From assembly GCA_017610335.1 (NCBI GenBank), contig JAFCCG010000001.1, positions 13,869 through 77,868 of the forward strand: a stretch of DNA of 64,000 nt, given 5' to 3'. Source of the DNA: Chloroflexota bacterium (lineage in GTDB: Archaea > Iainarchaeota > Iainarchaeia > Iainarchaeales > GCA-2688035). Of this stretch, positions 1 to 9,515 are shown in pieces. Position 1 is the stretch's first letter, and each line of letters begins with the position of its first letter. The position numbers and the translations under genes were made by a program. The notes beneath the pieces were generated by a model. That model was not told the DNA's origin. It made no database searches and saw nothing but the letters and a program-made list of their open reading frames with translations.

Positions 1-2259
1 GCAGAGAAAAAAGAACTTGAATCTCAGACAACGAAAGAATATTTGGAAAAAGACAGGTTAAAAAGCGAATCTGAAAGATTAAATAAGCTTATTCTTGCAC
101 AAAGAAAAGAAACTTACGCCATTATTGGAGCACAACTTGAAGAAGCCAGAACAGGAAAGGCACTGGCTGTTGAAAAACTGGAAAACAAAAATCGATTTCT
201 TGAACGTAATAAACTAGCTATTGAAGGACTTGAAAAAAAAGCAAAAAATCTTGAAGAAGAGGCTGTAATTCAAAAGAAAAGAATTGGAGAAATAAATACT
301 GAACTTGAAGGCCTTGGAAAAAAAATCAAAGAAGCTGCCGAAAAAAAGAATCTGCTTCAAAGCGGTGCAGAACAAAAGGAAAAAAAACTCGCCGAAATGA
401 ATGCAGCAATGGAAAGAACTACTTCAGAACTTGCTTCTTTAAATGAAGAGCTTTTTGAAAAAAAAGCCCTGCTTAGCGGAATAAAAAGGGAAACAGAATT
501 CAAAAAGCAGGACATGAGAGAAACAATGCAGGTAATTGAAGCAATAGAAGCAAAAGTTTCTGAAAGAGAAAAAAAGATAGGACTTCTTACACAATTGAGA
601 AAAAAGTTTGGAAATGTTTCTGAAAGTCTTTCCAAAATTCAAAAAGAAAGCGAGCGTGCATTGGAGACTTTAAAGGAAGTGGAAGCTGAAAAGAAAAATG
701 TTAATGAAAGCATTGAAACTCTTGGAAAAAACTTTGCAAACTGCCCAGTCTGTGATTCACCACTTGAGAAACAAAAAAAAGCAAGCTTGAAGCTAAAAAA
801 GGAGACATTGTTTAAAGAACTTCTGATTAAAGAACAGGCTTTAAAACAAAGACGAAAAGATTTTGATTCGAGAATTGCTTTGGCAAAAGATGCTTTGGAA
901 AAAGAACAATCACTTGTTGTTGAAACCGCTGATTTAAAAGAATTGAAAGAAGAGCTTGCAGCAAAGAGAGAAAAACTTGCTTTGCTAAAACAATGGCTTA
1001 TGGAAAATGGCTACAATGATCTTTTGAAAAAAATTGAATCAGAAGAACAAAAAGGAAATGAGAAAAAAGCAGGACTTATTGCACAAAAGGAAAAAATTAA
1101 GGCATTTAGTGAAGGAGTTGCATTAAACACTTTTAGAATTGCAAGTGACAGCCTTTCAGTGCTTGAAAAACAAGAACATTCATTAAAACAGGAAAAAGAA
1201 AATTTGCAAAATAATTCTTCGAAGCAATTGCAAAAGCAAAAGGATGGATTTTTAAACGAAGTATCTGTATTAAATGAAGAAAATGAAAAGATTTCTTTAG
1301 AAACCAGAACAGGTGAAAAAGAACTGAAGGCTTTGAAGGAAAAGATTTCAGGACTTGAAGCAAAAATAAATGAGTCTGAAAGACATGGACAAAAAATGAT
1401 TGAAGAAAAGGAAAAGACAGATAATGGAATTGTAAAACTTGAATCAAACATTGCAAAAATCCAGGCAAGGCTTAAAAGTCTTATTCAGCAGGTTAACACA
1501 CTATTTATTGAAAAAAGCAAACATGAAGTAAGAACTGCTGATTTGAATGAAGAGGCAAAAGAATTCAAAGAAGTTGAAGTAATTAAGGAATTTGAACCTT
1601 CAAAATTAAACCAGAGGATTGTAGAAATTGAAAAAAGAATCAAAGAACTCGGTGCAATTAATATGAAGGCATTGGAGTCATACAATCAGCTTGAAGCAGA
1701 AGTAAAAGATGTAAGACAAAAAGTTGAAAAGCTTGACGAGGAAAGAATTGCAGTTATTGAAATGATTGAAAAAATTGATGTAAAGAGAACAAGTGTTTTT
1801 ATGGAATGTTTTGATGAATTGAACAAAAACTTTTCAAAAATGTTTAATACACTATTCAACGGTGAAGGAAATCTTGAATTAAGCAATAGGGAAAATCCTT
1901 TGGAGTCTGGGCTTTTGATTCAGGCAAAGCACAAAGGCGACAATATTAAAAATATTGATTCAATGAGCGGAGGGGAAAAGACCATGACCGCACTTGCATT
2001 CCTTTTTGCAATACAGATTTATGAACCGGCTCCTTTTTATGTATTTGATGAAGCAGATGCGGCTCTTGATAAGGAAAACAGCATCAAGATGGCAACTATG
2101 ATAAAGAAAATAAGCCGTCAAAGCCAGTTTATTGCAATAACCCACAATGACCCGCTTGTACAGGAAGCTAATCAGATTATTGGTGTTGCTGTTAACAAAC
2201 AAAAAAGCAGCGTGATTGGATTAAAACTTAGAGACAAATTGAATTCCGAAAAGGATTAA
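1..2259 (+). CDS. smc: SMC chromosome-segregation ATPase, C-terminal part (5' end outside window)
   Basis: Frame is open from nt 1. Long coiled-coil region, then the SMC/ABC signature LSGGEKTMTALAFLFA and Walker B VFDEADAALD near the C-terminus. Confidence 0.85.
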   Translation, partial: AEKKELESQTTKEYLEKDRLKSESERLNKLILAQRKETYAIIGAQLEEARTGKALAVEKLENKNRFLERNKLAIEGLEKKAKNLEEEAVIQKKRIGEINTELEGLGKKIKEAAEKKNLLQSGAEQKEKKLAEMNAAMERTTSELASLNEELFEKKALLSGIKRETEFKKQDMRETMQVIEAIEAKVSEREKKIGLLTQLRKKFGNVSESLSKIQKESERALETLKEVEAEKKNVNESIETLGKNFANCPVCDSPLEKQKKASLKLKKETLFKELLIKEQALKQRRKDFDSRIALAKDALEKEQSLVVETADLKELKEELAAKREKLALLKQWLMENGYNDLLKKIESEEQKGNEKKAGLIAQKEKIKAFSEGVALNTFRIASDSLSVLEKQEHSLKQEKENLQNNSSKQLQKQKDGFLNEVSVLNEENEKISLETRTGEKELKALKEKISGLEAKINESERHGQKMIEEKEKTDNGIVKLESNIAKIQARLKSLIQQVNTLFIEKSKHEVRTADLNEEAKEFKEVEVIKEFEPSKLNQRIVEIEKRIKELGAINMKALESYNQLEAEVKDVRQKVEKLDEERIAVIEMIEKIDVKRTSVFMECFDELNKNFSKMFNTLFNGEGNLELSNRENPLESGLLIQAKHKGDNIKNIDSMSGGEKTMTALAFLFAIQIYEPAPFYVFDEADAALDKENSIKMATMIKKISRQSQFIAITHNDPLVQEANQIIGVAVNKQKSSVIGLKLRDKLNSEKD

Positions 2260-2274
2260 TAAGTAAGAAGCAAG

Positions 2275-4662
2275 TTAAGAAATTATTTCTTTTTTCGGTT
2301 TTTTTGTTTCTCTTTTATCTTCATCTTTTGCTTTTTTTGTTTCGTCTTTTGCTTTTATCTTTTCTTTGGAAAAATTTGCTTCGGCATTTTTTTTGCCTGA
2401 TTTTATTTTTTTTTCGTCTTCTTTTACAATTTGTTTAAGTAATTCAACTCTTTTTGTGTAAAAGGCAATGTTGGAAGCATAATCTTCTGCTGTAATTTTT
2501 CTTTTTCTTAGTTGTATTCTAAGATCTCTTAAAACATTTTCAAATGCATCAATTTTGCTTTTATTAAGGTCTAAATCAACATAGTTTGCGCTTATTGCCT
2601 TTCTTTCTGCAAGCAAAACATTTAGCTTGTTCTGAATTGGTTTGTTTAATATTTCAAACTGTTCTTTTTTGATGTAACCTTTTTCTAATCTCTGCCTTAA
2701 CTTTCTCTGCTGTTTGAGAATGTCGTCAAGTCTGTCTTCAAAAGAAAATTTCTTTAGGAAATGAAACTTTTTTTCAGAGGCAACAAAACTAAAAATTATT
2801 AGAGCTATAACAAGAATAACTACTAGAACAAGTGCGTATAATGAATCTTCAAGTTCTGGTTTATCCTGCCATCCTGGTGAAATTTCAATAAAACTATTCT
2901 GTGAAAGCTGATTAAGATGATCATAGCTTGCAATTGCTGCATCAAAAACTCCTTCTGCTAAAAAAACAAGATCAAGTCCGCTTTTTACACTTTCAAGAGC
3001 AAGTGCCGGCTGTTCCTGCAGGGTATAAAACTCAGAGCTGTCAAAATAGTATTTTGCATGGTCAAGATAAAGCCTTGCCCAGACAAATTCATTTTCATTA
3101 TTGTTTATTTTTTGGTCGAGAGCTACAAGTCTTTCAAGAAGTACAAACTGAAGCTGGTCAAGATCTTTATCTTTTGAGAATATTTCTGAATTTACAAGAG
3201 CAAGTGCTGAAGATGAATCAAATAAACTTGCATAAAACCAGCCTTCTTTGCGCAGTATTTTTGCACTATCAAGTCTTCTTTCAATATCTTCGGCTTCGAC
3301 ATCTCCTAAAGCTTCAAGACCATTTTCTGCATTTGTAATATATGAATCGATAAGATTGTTAAGACCTAGATCAGAAAGTACTCCAGATGTTGCTCCTTTG
3401 GTCAATTCAAAAAAGTCTTTTGAAACAGAATACCATGCAAGTGCATATTCATAATCCATTATATTGGAAACTCTTTCCAAATCAAGACCGTCTTGTTCAA
3501 CAATTATAACAATATCATCTGACAGTTCCAGAGTATCTAATTTAAGTTTTGCCCAACTCAACCTTTCTTTGGCGGCAATATGCCACTCAAAACCCTCAAT
3601 AGGAATAAACCTGTTTAAGTCATAGGCTAGCGAATCAATTTCACCTGAAAGTTTTTTTACTTTGTCGTTGAATGCAGTTGAATTTCTTGAAAGAAGGGAA
3701 GGATTTTCAGAAATGTCTTTTACAAAATTACTGTTAATCGTTGCAAGAAAGGAAAAATTTGCTGCACTGTAAAGAAAGTTTTGTTCGTATAAAATTTTTC
3801 CCTTTTCAAGAGTTTTTTCACTTTCGTTCAGATATGAAAGCATTACATCAACAAGTGCCGGATCATTAAGCATTGTTCCGCTTAAAGCAGTCTTGGCTGA
3901 CCTTACAGAATCTTCTGCGTCTGAAAGATATTTTTCAGTAAGTGTTTTCATCGGAGCCAAATTTTCACTTAAGTTAATCTTTTCAGGGATAAAATCAATC
4001 CTTGGAATTCCACCTGTGTTTATATCGATTGAATCTATTTTTGCAAATGCATAAAACAAAACATCGTTGATATTGTTTACTTCAATAATTTTAATGCCCC
4101 AGTTTTTATACGCATAATCTATAAGGTTTATTGATTTTACTTTGCCGTCTTCTTTAACAGTTTGTCTTGAATCGCCTGTTGGAATCATAAAAAGTGTTAT
4201 TCCAACCTTGGCTGCTTCTTTTGATTTTTCAAAAATGCCTCCAACAGAACCAACTCCGCCTTCAGCAGTAATCGTTCCTGTTAATGCAACTTCATCAGGA
4301 ATTTCTTTATTTTGTAACATTGAAATAACAAGCAAGGTCATTGCAGCGCCTGCACTTGGTCCCTCTACAAGCGATGCATCACTTTCTATATTAAAAAAAT
4401 AGTCGTATTTTTCAACTTCGTTACTGTAATCGTGTGCTGTTTCAACCGCAATTTTTGCAGTTGATTGTGTGCTTGTTCCAACCAATGGCTCAATATCAGT
4501 CCAAATCATGCCGTTTCCTGGTTTTATTGTAAGAATAAGTTTGGAAGCCATTGCATTTCCTTGATCTGTTACTGCAAAAACTTGCAGGGAATCTTTTTCA
4601 ATTACAGCAAAACATCCTGTTGACAGTAATAGTATCAAAAAAAGAACTAAGATTTTTTTCAT
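2275..4662 (-). CDS. Membrane-anchored Lon-like S16 peptidase-domain protein (no AAA+ module)
   Basis: N-terminal signal/anchor MKKILVLFLILLLSTGCFA. Lon proteolytic-domain-like block LVEGPSAGAAMTLLVISML...ALTGTITAEGGVGSVGGIFEKSKEAAKVG. Long domain of unknown type, then a C-proximal TM helix (LYALVLVVILVIALIIFSFVA) and a Lys-rich tail. The Met at aa 42 of the listed ORF is chosen as start. Confidence 0.6.
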   Translation of the reverse strand: MKKILVLFLILLLSTGCFAVIEKDSLQVFAVTDQGNAMASKLILTIKPGNGMIWTDIEPLVGTSTQSTAKIAVETAHDYSNEVEKYDYFFNIESDASLVEGPSAGAAMTLLVISMLQNKEIPDEVALTGTITAEGGVGSVGGIFEKSKEAAKVGITLFMIPTGDSRQTVKEDGKVKSINLIDYAYKNWGIKIIEVNNINDVLFYAFAKIDSIDINTGGIPRIDFIPEKINLSENLAPMKTLTEKYLSDAEDSVRSAKTALSGTMLNDPALVDVMLSYLNESEKTLEKGKILYEQNFLYSAANFSFLATINSNFVKDISENPSLLSRNSTAFNDKVKKLSGEIDSLAYDLNRFIPIEGFEWHIAAKERLSWAKLKLDTLELSDDIVIIVEQDGLDLERVSNIMDYEYALAWYSVSKDFFELTKGATSGVLSDLGLNNLIDSYITNAENGLEALGDVEAEDIERRLDSAKILRKEGWFYASLFDSSSALALVNSEIFSKDKDLDQLQFVLLERLVALDQKINNNENEFVWARLYLDHAKYYFDSSEFYTLQEQPALALESVKSGLDLVFLAEGVFDAAIASYDHLNQLSQNSFIEISPGWQDKPELEDSLYALVLVVILVIALIIFSFVASEKKFHFLKKFSFEDRLDDILKQQRKLRQRLEKGYIKKEQFEILNKPIQNKLNVLLAERKAISANYVDLDLNKSKIDAFENVLRDLRIQLRKRKITAEDYASNIAFYTKRVELLKQIVKEDEKKIKSGKKNAEANFSKEKIKAKDETKKAKDEDKRETKKPKKEIIS

Positions 4663-4777
4663 AACAATTAATAGTAAGGGATAATGTGATTTAAATAGGT
4701 TTTTGTTTGGGTACAACTGTCTTAGACAGTTGCCCCAGCTCTGAAAAATGGAGAAAAAGAGAAAAAAGTGAAGGCAA

Positions 4778-5083
4778 TTAGCCAAACAAGCCAGCTAAGC
4801 CTTCTGCTGCTTCTTCCTCTGTTTTCTTATTATCTTCTTCTTTCTTTTCTGCTTTTGCTGACTGTGCTTCACCTGCTGCAGCTGGTGCTGCAGCAACTGC
4901 CTGCACTGCCGCAGCGTTCTTTATTGCCTCATCAATGTTTACATCTTTTAATGAAGCAATTAGGGCTTTAACCCTTGCGCTATCTGGCTTCGCTCCGGCT
5001 GCTTCCAAAACTTTGGATACGGCTGCTTCAGAAACTTCTTTTCCAGCAGCATGCAGCAAAAGCGCAGTGTAGACATACTCCAT
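4778..5083 (-). CDS. rplP1: Ribosomal stalk protein P1 (L12e)
   Basis: [17 protein letters not shown]... with Ala-rich hinge and archaeal P1 C-terminal signature [12 protein letters not shown]. Sits directly downstream of P0. Confidence 0.85.
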   Translation of the reverse strand: MEYVYTALLLHAAGKEVSEAAVSKVLEAAGAKPDSARVKALIASLKDVNIDEAIKNAAAVQAVAAAPAAAGEAQSAKAEKKEEDNKKTEEEAAEGLAGLFG

Positions 5084-5125
5084 ATCATTCCCTCCGTTTT
5101 ATTTTTTTGTTTAATAAAAAAATAA

Positions 5126-6109
5126 CTATTCCTTTTTTTCCTCTGCCAGTTTGGCTTCTTCTTTCTTTTCCGCTATCTTTTCTTCTTTTACTGGTTCTTC
5201 AGCTGACTTTTCTTTTACTGGTTCTTCAGCTGACTTTTCTCCTTTGACTGTCGGTTCTTCTGATATAGCATTAGGAATCTTTGCTTTTAGAACAGATGCT
5301 TGTGCGTTTGCTTTTGTAAGCACGTCTCCAATGGTTGCTGAATTAAGAATGCTTGCTTCAAGTGCAACAGCTTTTGCATTTTTATAACCTTTAGTTATAA
5401 GAACAGGAATTGTTTCTGTTGTAAAGTATACTGCTTCAATTGCAATATTAAAAGCATTTCTTGCAGCTTCTGCAAAGTTTTGTCTTACTGTATCAATGTC
5501 AATATTAAGAACGTTGCCTAGGAAAAGCTGACCGTTTTCAAGCGCGCTTGTTATTGAAAGTCTTACTTTGATTGGTTTTATTCCAAGCTTTGAAAGAGCT
5601 CCTGAAACTTCTGGTGTAATGACTTCTCCTTTTTTGGCTACAATTTTGTCTTCTGCTATTGAAATTGTCGGACCCTGCATTATTGTTTTAAGTCCTGCTG
5701 CCTTTAAGTCAGACAAAGCTGGCCCTGGAGGCAGTCCTGTGTCGCCTGCAGGGATAAGTATATCGTTTGGTGCAATCAAGCCTGCTTTAGCAGACATGCT
5801 TACGGAGTTTTTTTTAAGCAACGAATATAGTTCGAATGGATTTATTTCACTGAATATTACCGCAATACTTCCTACAATGTGTTCATTCAGTGAAGAAACA
5901 TCGTGTTTTGAATTTTCAAGCGCTTTTTTTAGAATTCTTGTTTTTGTAACTTTTATTACAGCTTGTCCCTGCAATTTTTTCCTAAGCTCTTTTGCAAGTG
6001 CGCCTGGAAAATTCTGCAATGAAGCAATTGAAATTATAGAATATTGGTCTGCAAGCTGTTGCAATTCCTGAACCTGGGCATTTTTCCATTTTTTTGTATG
6101 AGAGGTCAT
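5126..6109 (-). CDS. rplP0: Ribosomal stalk protein P0 (L10)
   Basis: Typical P0 N-terminus (KKWKNAQVQELQQLADQYSIISIASL) and acidic KE-rich tail. Tail contains an in-gene 27-bp x2 tandem repeat (5185-5238). Confidence 0.9.
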   Translation of the reverse strand: MTSHTKKWKNAQVQELQQLADQYSIISIASLQNFPGALAKELRKKLQGQAVIKVTKTRILKKALENSKHDVSSLNEHIVGSIAVIFSEINPFELYSLLKKNSVSMSAKAGLIAPNDILIPAGDTGLPPGPALSDLKAAGLKTIMQGPTISIAEDKIVAKKGEVITPEVSGALSKLGIKPIKVRLSITSALENGQLFLGNVLNIDIDTVRQNFAEAARNAFNIAIEAVYFTTETIPVLITKGYKNAKAVALEASILNSATIGDVLTKANAQASVLKAKIPNAISEEPTVKGEKSAEEPVKEKSAEEPVKEEKIAEKKEEAKLAEEKKE

Positions 6110-6816
6110 TATTTTTTAACCTCCGTAGACTTTTCTTCAGCTCCAAGCTTTATACATGGACCCATTGATTCTTTTACATAAATGGATTTGATATTTTGGT
6201 GCTTTCTTGGAAGTTCTTTTGTAACAGATTCTGATATAGCCATTGCGTTATCAACAAGCTGCTCATCTTTCATTTTTTCGTTTCCAATTACTACCTGTAC
6301 CAAAGGCATAAATTTTCCTTTTTTGTTTGTAACTCTGGTAACATTTCCCAATGTTTTAAGCATTTGTTCAATCAGTTCTTTGTTTGGCTGAACAGGTTTT
6401 GGCATTTTTCCTTTTGGAGCAAGCTGTTGTCCCAAATATTTTCCAACGGCAATCATTACAGAACCTTCTGCCAAAAGTATGTCATATTCTGTTGAAATAA
6501 GTGCAATTTCTTTTTTCTTAAGTTTTTCAATTTCAGGTTCTTCTATGATTCTGTCAAATTGTCCTTGAACTGATTCAATAAAGTCTTTTGTTTTTGCAAA
6601 AAGAAGTTTTTTTCCACTACCTTGTTTTCCTGTAGGATTTGGCATTGTAACCTTTACGTCAATTTGATTTATTGGCTTTTTTGTGTCAAGGTCTTTGAAA
6701 TTTATAATTAGCTCAATGGATTGTGTAAACTTTCTTTCCTTGCTTTTTTCACGCATTATCTTTAAAGCTTGAATTATTTCTTTCTTTTGCATTTCTAAAA
6801 CCTCCCACAGTGCCAT
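6109..6816 (-). CDS. rpl1p: Ribosomal protein L1
   Basis: L1-family sequence in the conserved position L11-L1-P0-P1. Stop overlaps the P0 start. Confidence 0.9.
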   Translation of the reverse strand: MALWEVLEMQKKEIIQALKIMREKSKERKFTQSIELIINFKDLDTKKPINQIDVKVTMPNPTGKQGSGKKLLFAKTKDFIESVQGQFDRIIEEPEIEKLKKKEIALISTEYDILLAEGSVMIAVGKYLGQQLAPKGKMPKPVQPNKELIEQMLKTLGNVTRVTNKKGKFMPLVQVVIGNEKMKDEQLVDNAMAISESVTKELPRKHQNIKSIYVKESMGPCIKLGAEEKSTEVKK

Positions 6817-6972
6817 TTCCTAAAAAATGGATGTGGTCAAACGGAGTCACTAATTAGACTCTCTAAAACCCATGAAATACTATAAATAAAATTCTACTGA
6901 AAGCTTTAAAAAGCCTTTTGCAAGCAAAAGCCTTGGGAAAAAATGCTTTGCAAAAACAATTCTTTGGCTTTT

Positions 6973-7458
6973 TTAATCCTTTAGCAGTTCGTCAAACTTG
7001 CCTTCATTAATTTCCTTAATTACTTCTCTTGCAGGCTTCTCTTCAATTGTAAGACCCATGCTATTACAAACGCCTATAATTTCTTTTGCTGCACTTTTCA
7101 TTTTGTAAGATGCAAGCTTTTCAATTTTCATTTCAATAACGTTTTTGATTTGTTCCATCGAAACATTGCCCTTAATTTCAGCCTTTGGATTTGAACTTCC
7201 TTTATCAATTCCAATTTCTTTTTTTATAAGGGCACTTGTCGGAGGACTTCCAACAAAAATTTCAAAGGTTTTTGTACCGACATCAACATCAACTATTACA
7301 GGAACCTTCATTCCTGCATAGCTATTTGTTTTTTCATTAATCTTGGCAACAATATCACCAATGTTTACGCCCAAAGGACCCAAAGCAGGGCCTAATGGTG
7401 CTCCGGCAGATGCTTTTCCACCTTCAACCAAAACCTTAATTTCTGTCATACCATTCAC
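6973..7458 (-). CDS. rpl11p: Ribosomal protein L11
   Basis: MNGMTEIKVLVEGGKASAGAPLGPALGPLGVNIGDIVAKINEKT, a canonical L11 N-terminal domain. Confidence 0.9.
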   Translation of the reverse strand: MNGMTEIKVLVEGGKASAGAPLGPALGPLGVNIGDIVAKINEKTNSYAGMKVPVIVDVDVGTKTFEIFVGSPPTSALIKKEIGIDKGSSNPKAEIKGNVSMEQIKNVIEMKIEKLASYKMKSAAKEIIGVCNSMGLTIEEKPAREVIKEINEGKFDELLKD

Positions 7459-7485
7459 TCCTTAACCAAATACATTTCTACAATT

Positions 7486-7926
7486 TTATTCTTTAATAAT
7501 CCTAATATGTTCTGCTTTTATTGTAAGAGGAATCTTTACTGCTGCTTCAAGTAATTCAACCGTTACCTCTTCTTTTGTTGGATTAACTCTCAGAACCTTT
7601 GCCTTTTCAGACTTAAAAGGCCCTGCAATTAATTCAACTTTTGCACCTTCAACAATTGACTGCATTAAAGGCTTTGATTCAAGCAAGCTGCTTAATTCCT
7701 CAATCTTTACAGCACCTTTTACAATTCCCTGCCCCTTAATATGAGGGGTATTTGTAATGCATCTCCTAACTGAAAGCTCGTCCTGTGCTTCAATTAATAC
7801 ATATCCTTTAAGTCCAGGAATTACGCTAATGCTGTAAATAGGAATGTCTTCATGCTTTGACCTGTTGGTAATTATATCTACTACCAATGCTTCCTGCCCA
7901 ACTGTTGTCCTAACCGGAAAAATCAT
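7486..7926 (-). CDS. spt5: Transcription elongation factor Spt5 (NusG homolog)
   Basis: NGN-like N-domain plus KOW-like C-domain. Conserved archaeal position between secE and L11. Confidence 0.8.
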   Translation of the reverse strand: MIFPVRTTVGQEALVVDIITNRSKHEDIPIYSISVIPGLKGYVLIEAQDELSVRRCITNTPHIKGQGIVKGAVKIEELSSLLESKPLMQSIVEGAKVELIAGPFKSEKAKVLRVNPTKEEVTVELLEAAVKIPLTIKAEHIRIIKE

Positions 7927-8083
7927 TTTCTCACCTTTTTCTTTACATCTTTCAATAATTTTTTACATTTTTCAATACAATCAAATAAATTCTGAAAAGG
8001 GTAAATTAGAAACTAATAACCCTAATTCATCGAATATCTTTAATCTGGTAACAATTAAAAAGCTTTTTGTAAAGCCTTTGCAT

Positions 8084-8272
8084 TTACACTACTGGCACAA
8101 AAGCAAAAAACAGAAAAATTGCATAACCAATCAAGGCAATTATGAGTATGCCAATACCGGTTACCTTTGCCATTACTTCAAACTCTTTCCAGTCAGGCTT
8201 TTTTGCAATAACAAAAACACGCCTGCTACTTGAAATAAATGCTCTCAAATTTTCCATGATATTTAATTCCAT
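8084..8272 (-). CDS. secE: Protein translocase subunit SecE (Sec61 gamma)
   Basis: 62 aa with KPDWKEFEVMAKVTGIGILIIALIGYAIFLF, a single C-terminal TM helix. Lies upstream of spt5. Confidence 0.75.
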   Translation of the reverse strand: MELNIMENLRAFISSSRRVFVIAKKPDWKEFEVMAKVTGIGILIIALIGYAIFLFFAFVPVV

Positions 8273-8358
8273 AAAAAAACACCTGCAATTTAATTACAGT
8301 AACAAAAAAATTAGAAAGAAAAAGGTTTAAAAAAGGAAAAAAATAGGTATTTAGCAGA

Positions 8359-8565
8359 ATGACAAGCAATCCACCAAGCATTCAAGAAATGAAAAAATAT
8401 AGTAGACGGCCCTATTTTTCAAAAGAAACAAACGAAATAAAAACCAAAATAAAAAGAATGGAAAAGCAACTTGAACTACATTCGGAATGGGGCACAAAGC
8501 ATTATCTGCTGATAGCTAATGCTTTTGAAAAAGTGCCCTTTACTGGCAAAATAAGACCGGCTTAA
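8359..8565 (+). CDS. Hypothetical small basic protein (68 aa)
   Basis: ORF only, no recognisable motif. Sits between secE and the VapBC cassette. Confidence 0.2.
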   Translation: MTSNPPSIQEMKKYSRRPYFSKETNEIKTKIKRMEKQLELHSEWGTKHYLLIANAFEKVPFTGKIRPA

Positions 8566-8594
8566 ATTCAACAGGTAAAATCCAAATTCAGCCA

Positions 8595-8620
8595 GTGAAA
8601 TCTATTTCCAAATCAATTGG
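8595..8620. repeat. Direct repeat copy 1: displaced ftsZ 3'-end fragment (attL/attR-like)
   Basis: gtgaaatctatttccaaatcaattgg matches 9523-9548 at 24 of 26 positions. On the minus strand, with the adjacent tca stop, it encodes PIDLEIDFTG*, i.e. the ftsZ C-terminus (PIDLGIDFTG*) with synonymous differences. Confidence 0.75.
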
Positions 8621-8694
8621 CAAAAAAAATTACGAATTATTTAGAAAAAACATATATTTAAATATTTGTCTAATGTAAATATATTAGATTTGTT

Positions 8695-8934
8695 ATGGGT
8701 ACAATTACCGTTACTGTTGAGGATAAAGTCGAAGAGAATTTCAGAAAAACCGTTAGCGAAACAAAAGGTAAGGGGAAAGGCATCTTGGGAAGTGCCACAA
8801 ACGAAGCCATGAAAGACTGGGTTGGAAAACAAAGGCAAAAAAAGATATCAAAAGAGATGCTGGTTCTGTTGGATAAAGGCTTTGAAATGGGAAAGTTCAA
8901 AAATGTAAGCAGGGACGAATTGCATGAAAGATGA
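8695..8934 (+). CDS. vapB: VapB-family antitoxin (RHH/CopG-like)
   Basis: 79 aa starting MGTITVTVEDKVEENFRKTV, a ribbon-helix-helix-like pattern. Overlaps the downstream PIN gene by 11 nt. Confidence 0.5.
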   Translation: MGTITVTVEDKVEENFRKTVSETKGKGKGILGSATNEAMKDWVGKQRQKKISKEMLVLLDKGFEMGKFKNVSRDELHER

Positions 8935-9361
8935 TGACAGCCTCTTCATTGACTCGAACATTCTTATATATGCGTTTGACAAAAGTGAGGCAATTAAACA
9001 CAAGAAAGCAAAAAAACTGCTTGAAAAATGCTTTGGCGGAAAAAGCAGGCTTGCAACTTCGACCCAAGTGCTTTCAGAATTCTTTGTTAACACAACAAAA
9101 AAAATAGAAAAACCAATAAGCCAGGAAGCTGCAAAAAATATAATTGGAAAAATAATAGAATTTCAAGCTTTTCCAGTTTTGACCATAAAGCCAAACACAA
9201 TAGAATCAGCCATTGCCACAAGCCAAAAAACAGGAGTACATTATTGGGATGCACTAATTGCAGAAACAATGAAAGAAAACAACATCTTTGAAATACTGAC
9301 AGAAAACACAAAACACTTTGAAAAAATAAAAGAAATACAGGCCAAAAATCCGCTAAAATAG
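8924..9361 (+). CDS. vapC: VapC PIN-domain ribonuclease toxin
   Basis: LFIDSNILIYAF...TSTQVLSEF...HYWDALIAETM...LTENTKHF carries the acidic PIN residues in canonical spacing. Confidence 0.8.
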   Translation: MKDDDSLFIDSNILIYAFDKSEAIKHKKAKKLLEKCFGGKSRLATSTQVLSEFFVNTTKKIEKPISQEAAKNIIGKIIEFQAFPVLTIKPNTIESAIATSQKTGVHYWDALIAETMKENNIFEILTENTKHFEKIKEIQAKNPLK

Positions 9362-9515
9362 TGCCAGCCTAAAGCAACGAAACTAATTTAAGAACCAAAA
9401 ACCAAAAAAAAGCCCTTGGCTAGCGAAGTCATCCTAAGTCAAATTGTTTAGGCAACAACTCAAGGCATTGCCTTGTAAAGCTAGAACCAATTGGTTAAAT
9501 TTTCACCCAAACAAG

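Noticed and set aside
357-2202. Several 60-150-aa minus-strand ORFs inside the SMC gene (357-635, 439-642, 1011-1468, 1485-1886, 1960-2202)
   Set aside because: Phe/Ser-rich antisense translations of a Lys/Glu-rich coiled-coil gene. They have no motifs and overlap a confidently assigned CDS.
5151-5387. Plus-strand 78-aa ORF with internal repeat (FTGSSADFS x2)
   Set aside because: Mirror image of the tandem repeat in the P0 acidic tail on the opposite strand.
6817-9515. tRNA genes in the larger intergenic spacers (6817-6972, 8273-8358, 9362-9515, 30455-31190, 34861-35019)
   Set aside because: No cloverleaf-compatible segment with a T-loop (GTTCRANYC) or anticodon-arm features could be found by eye. 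A tRNA scan would be needed to be definitive.
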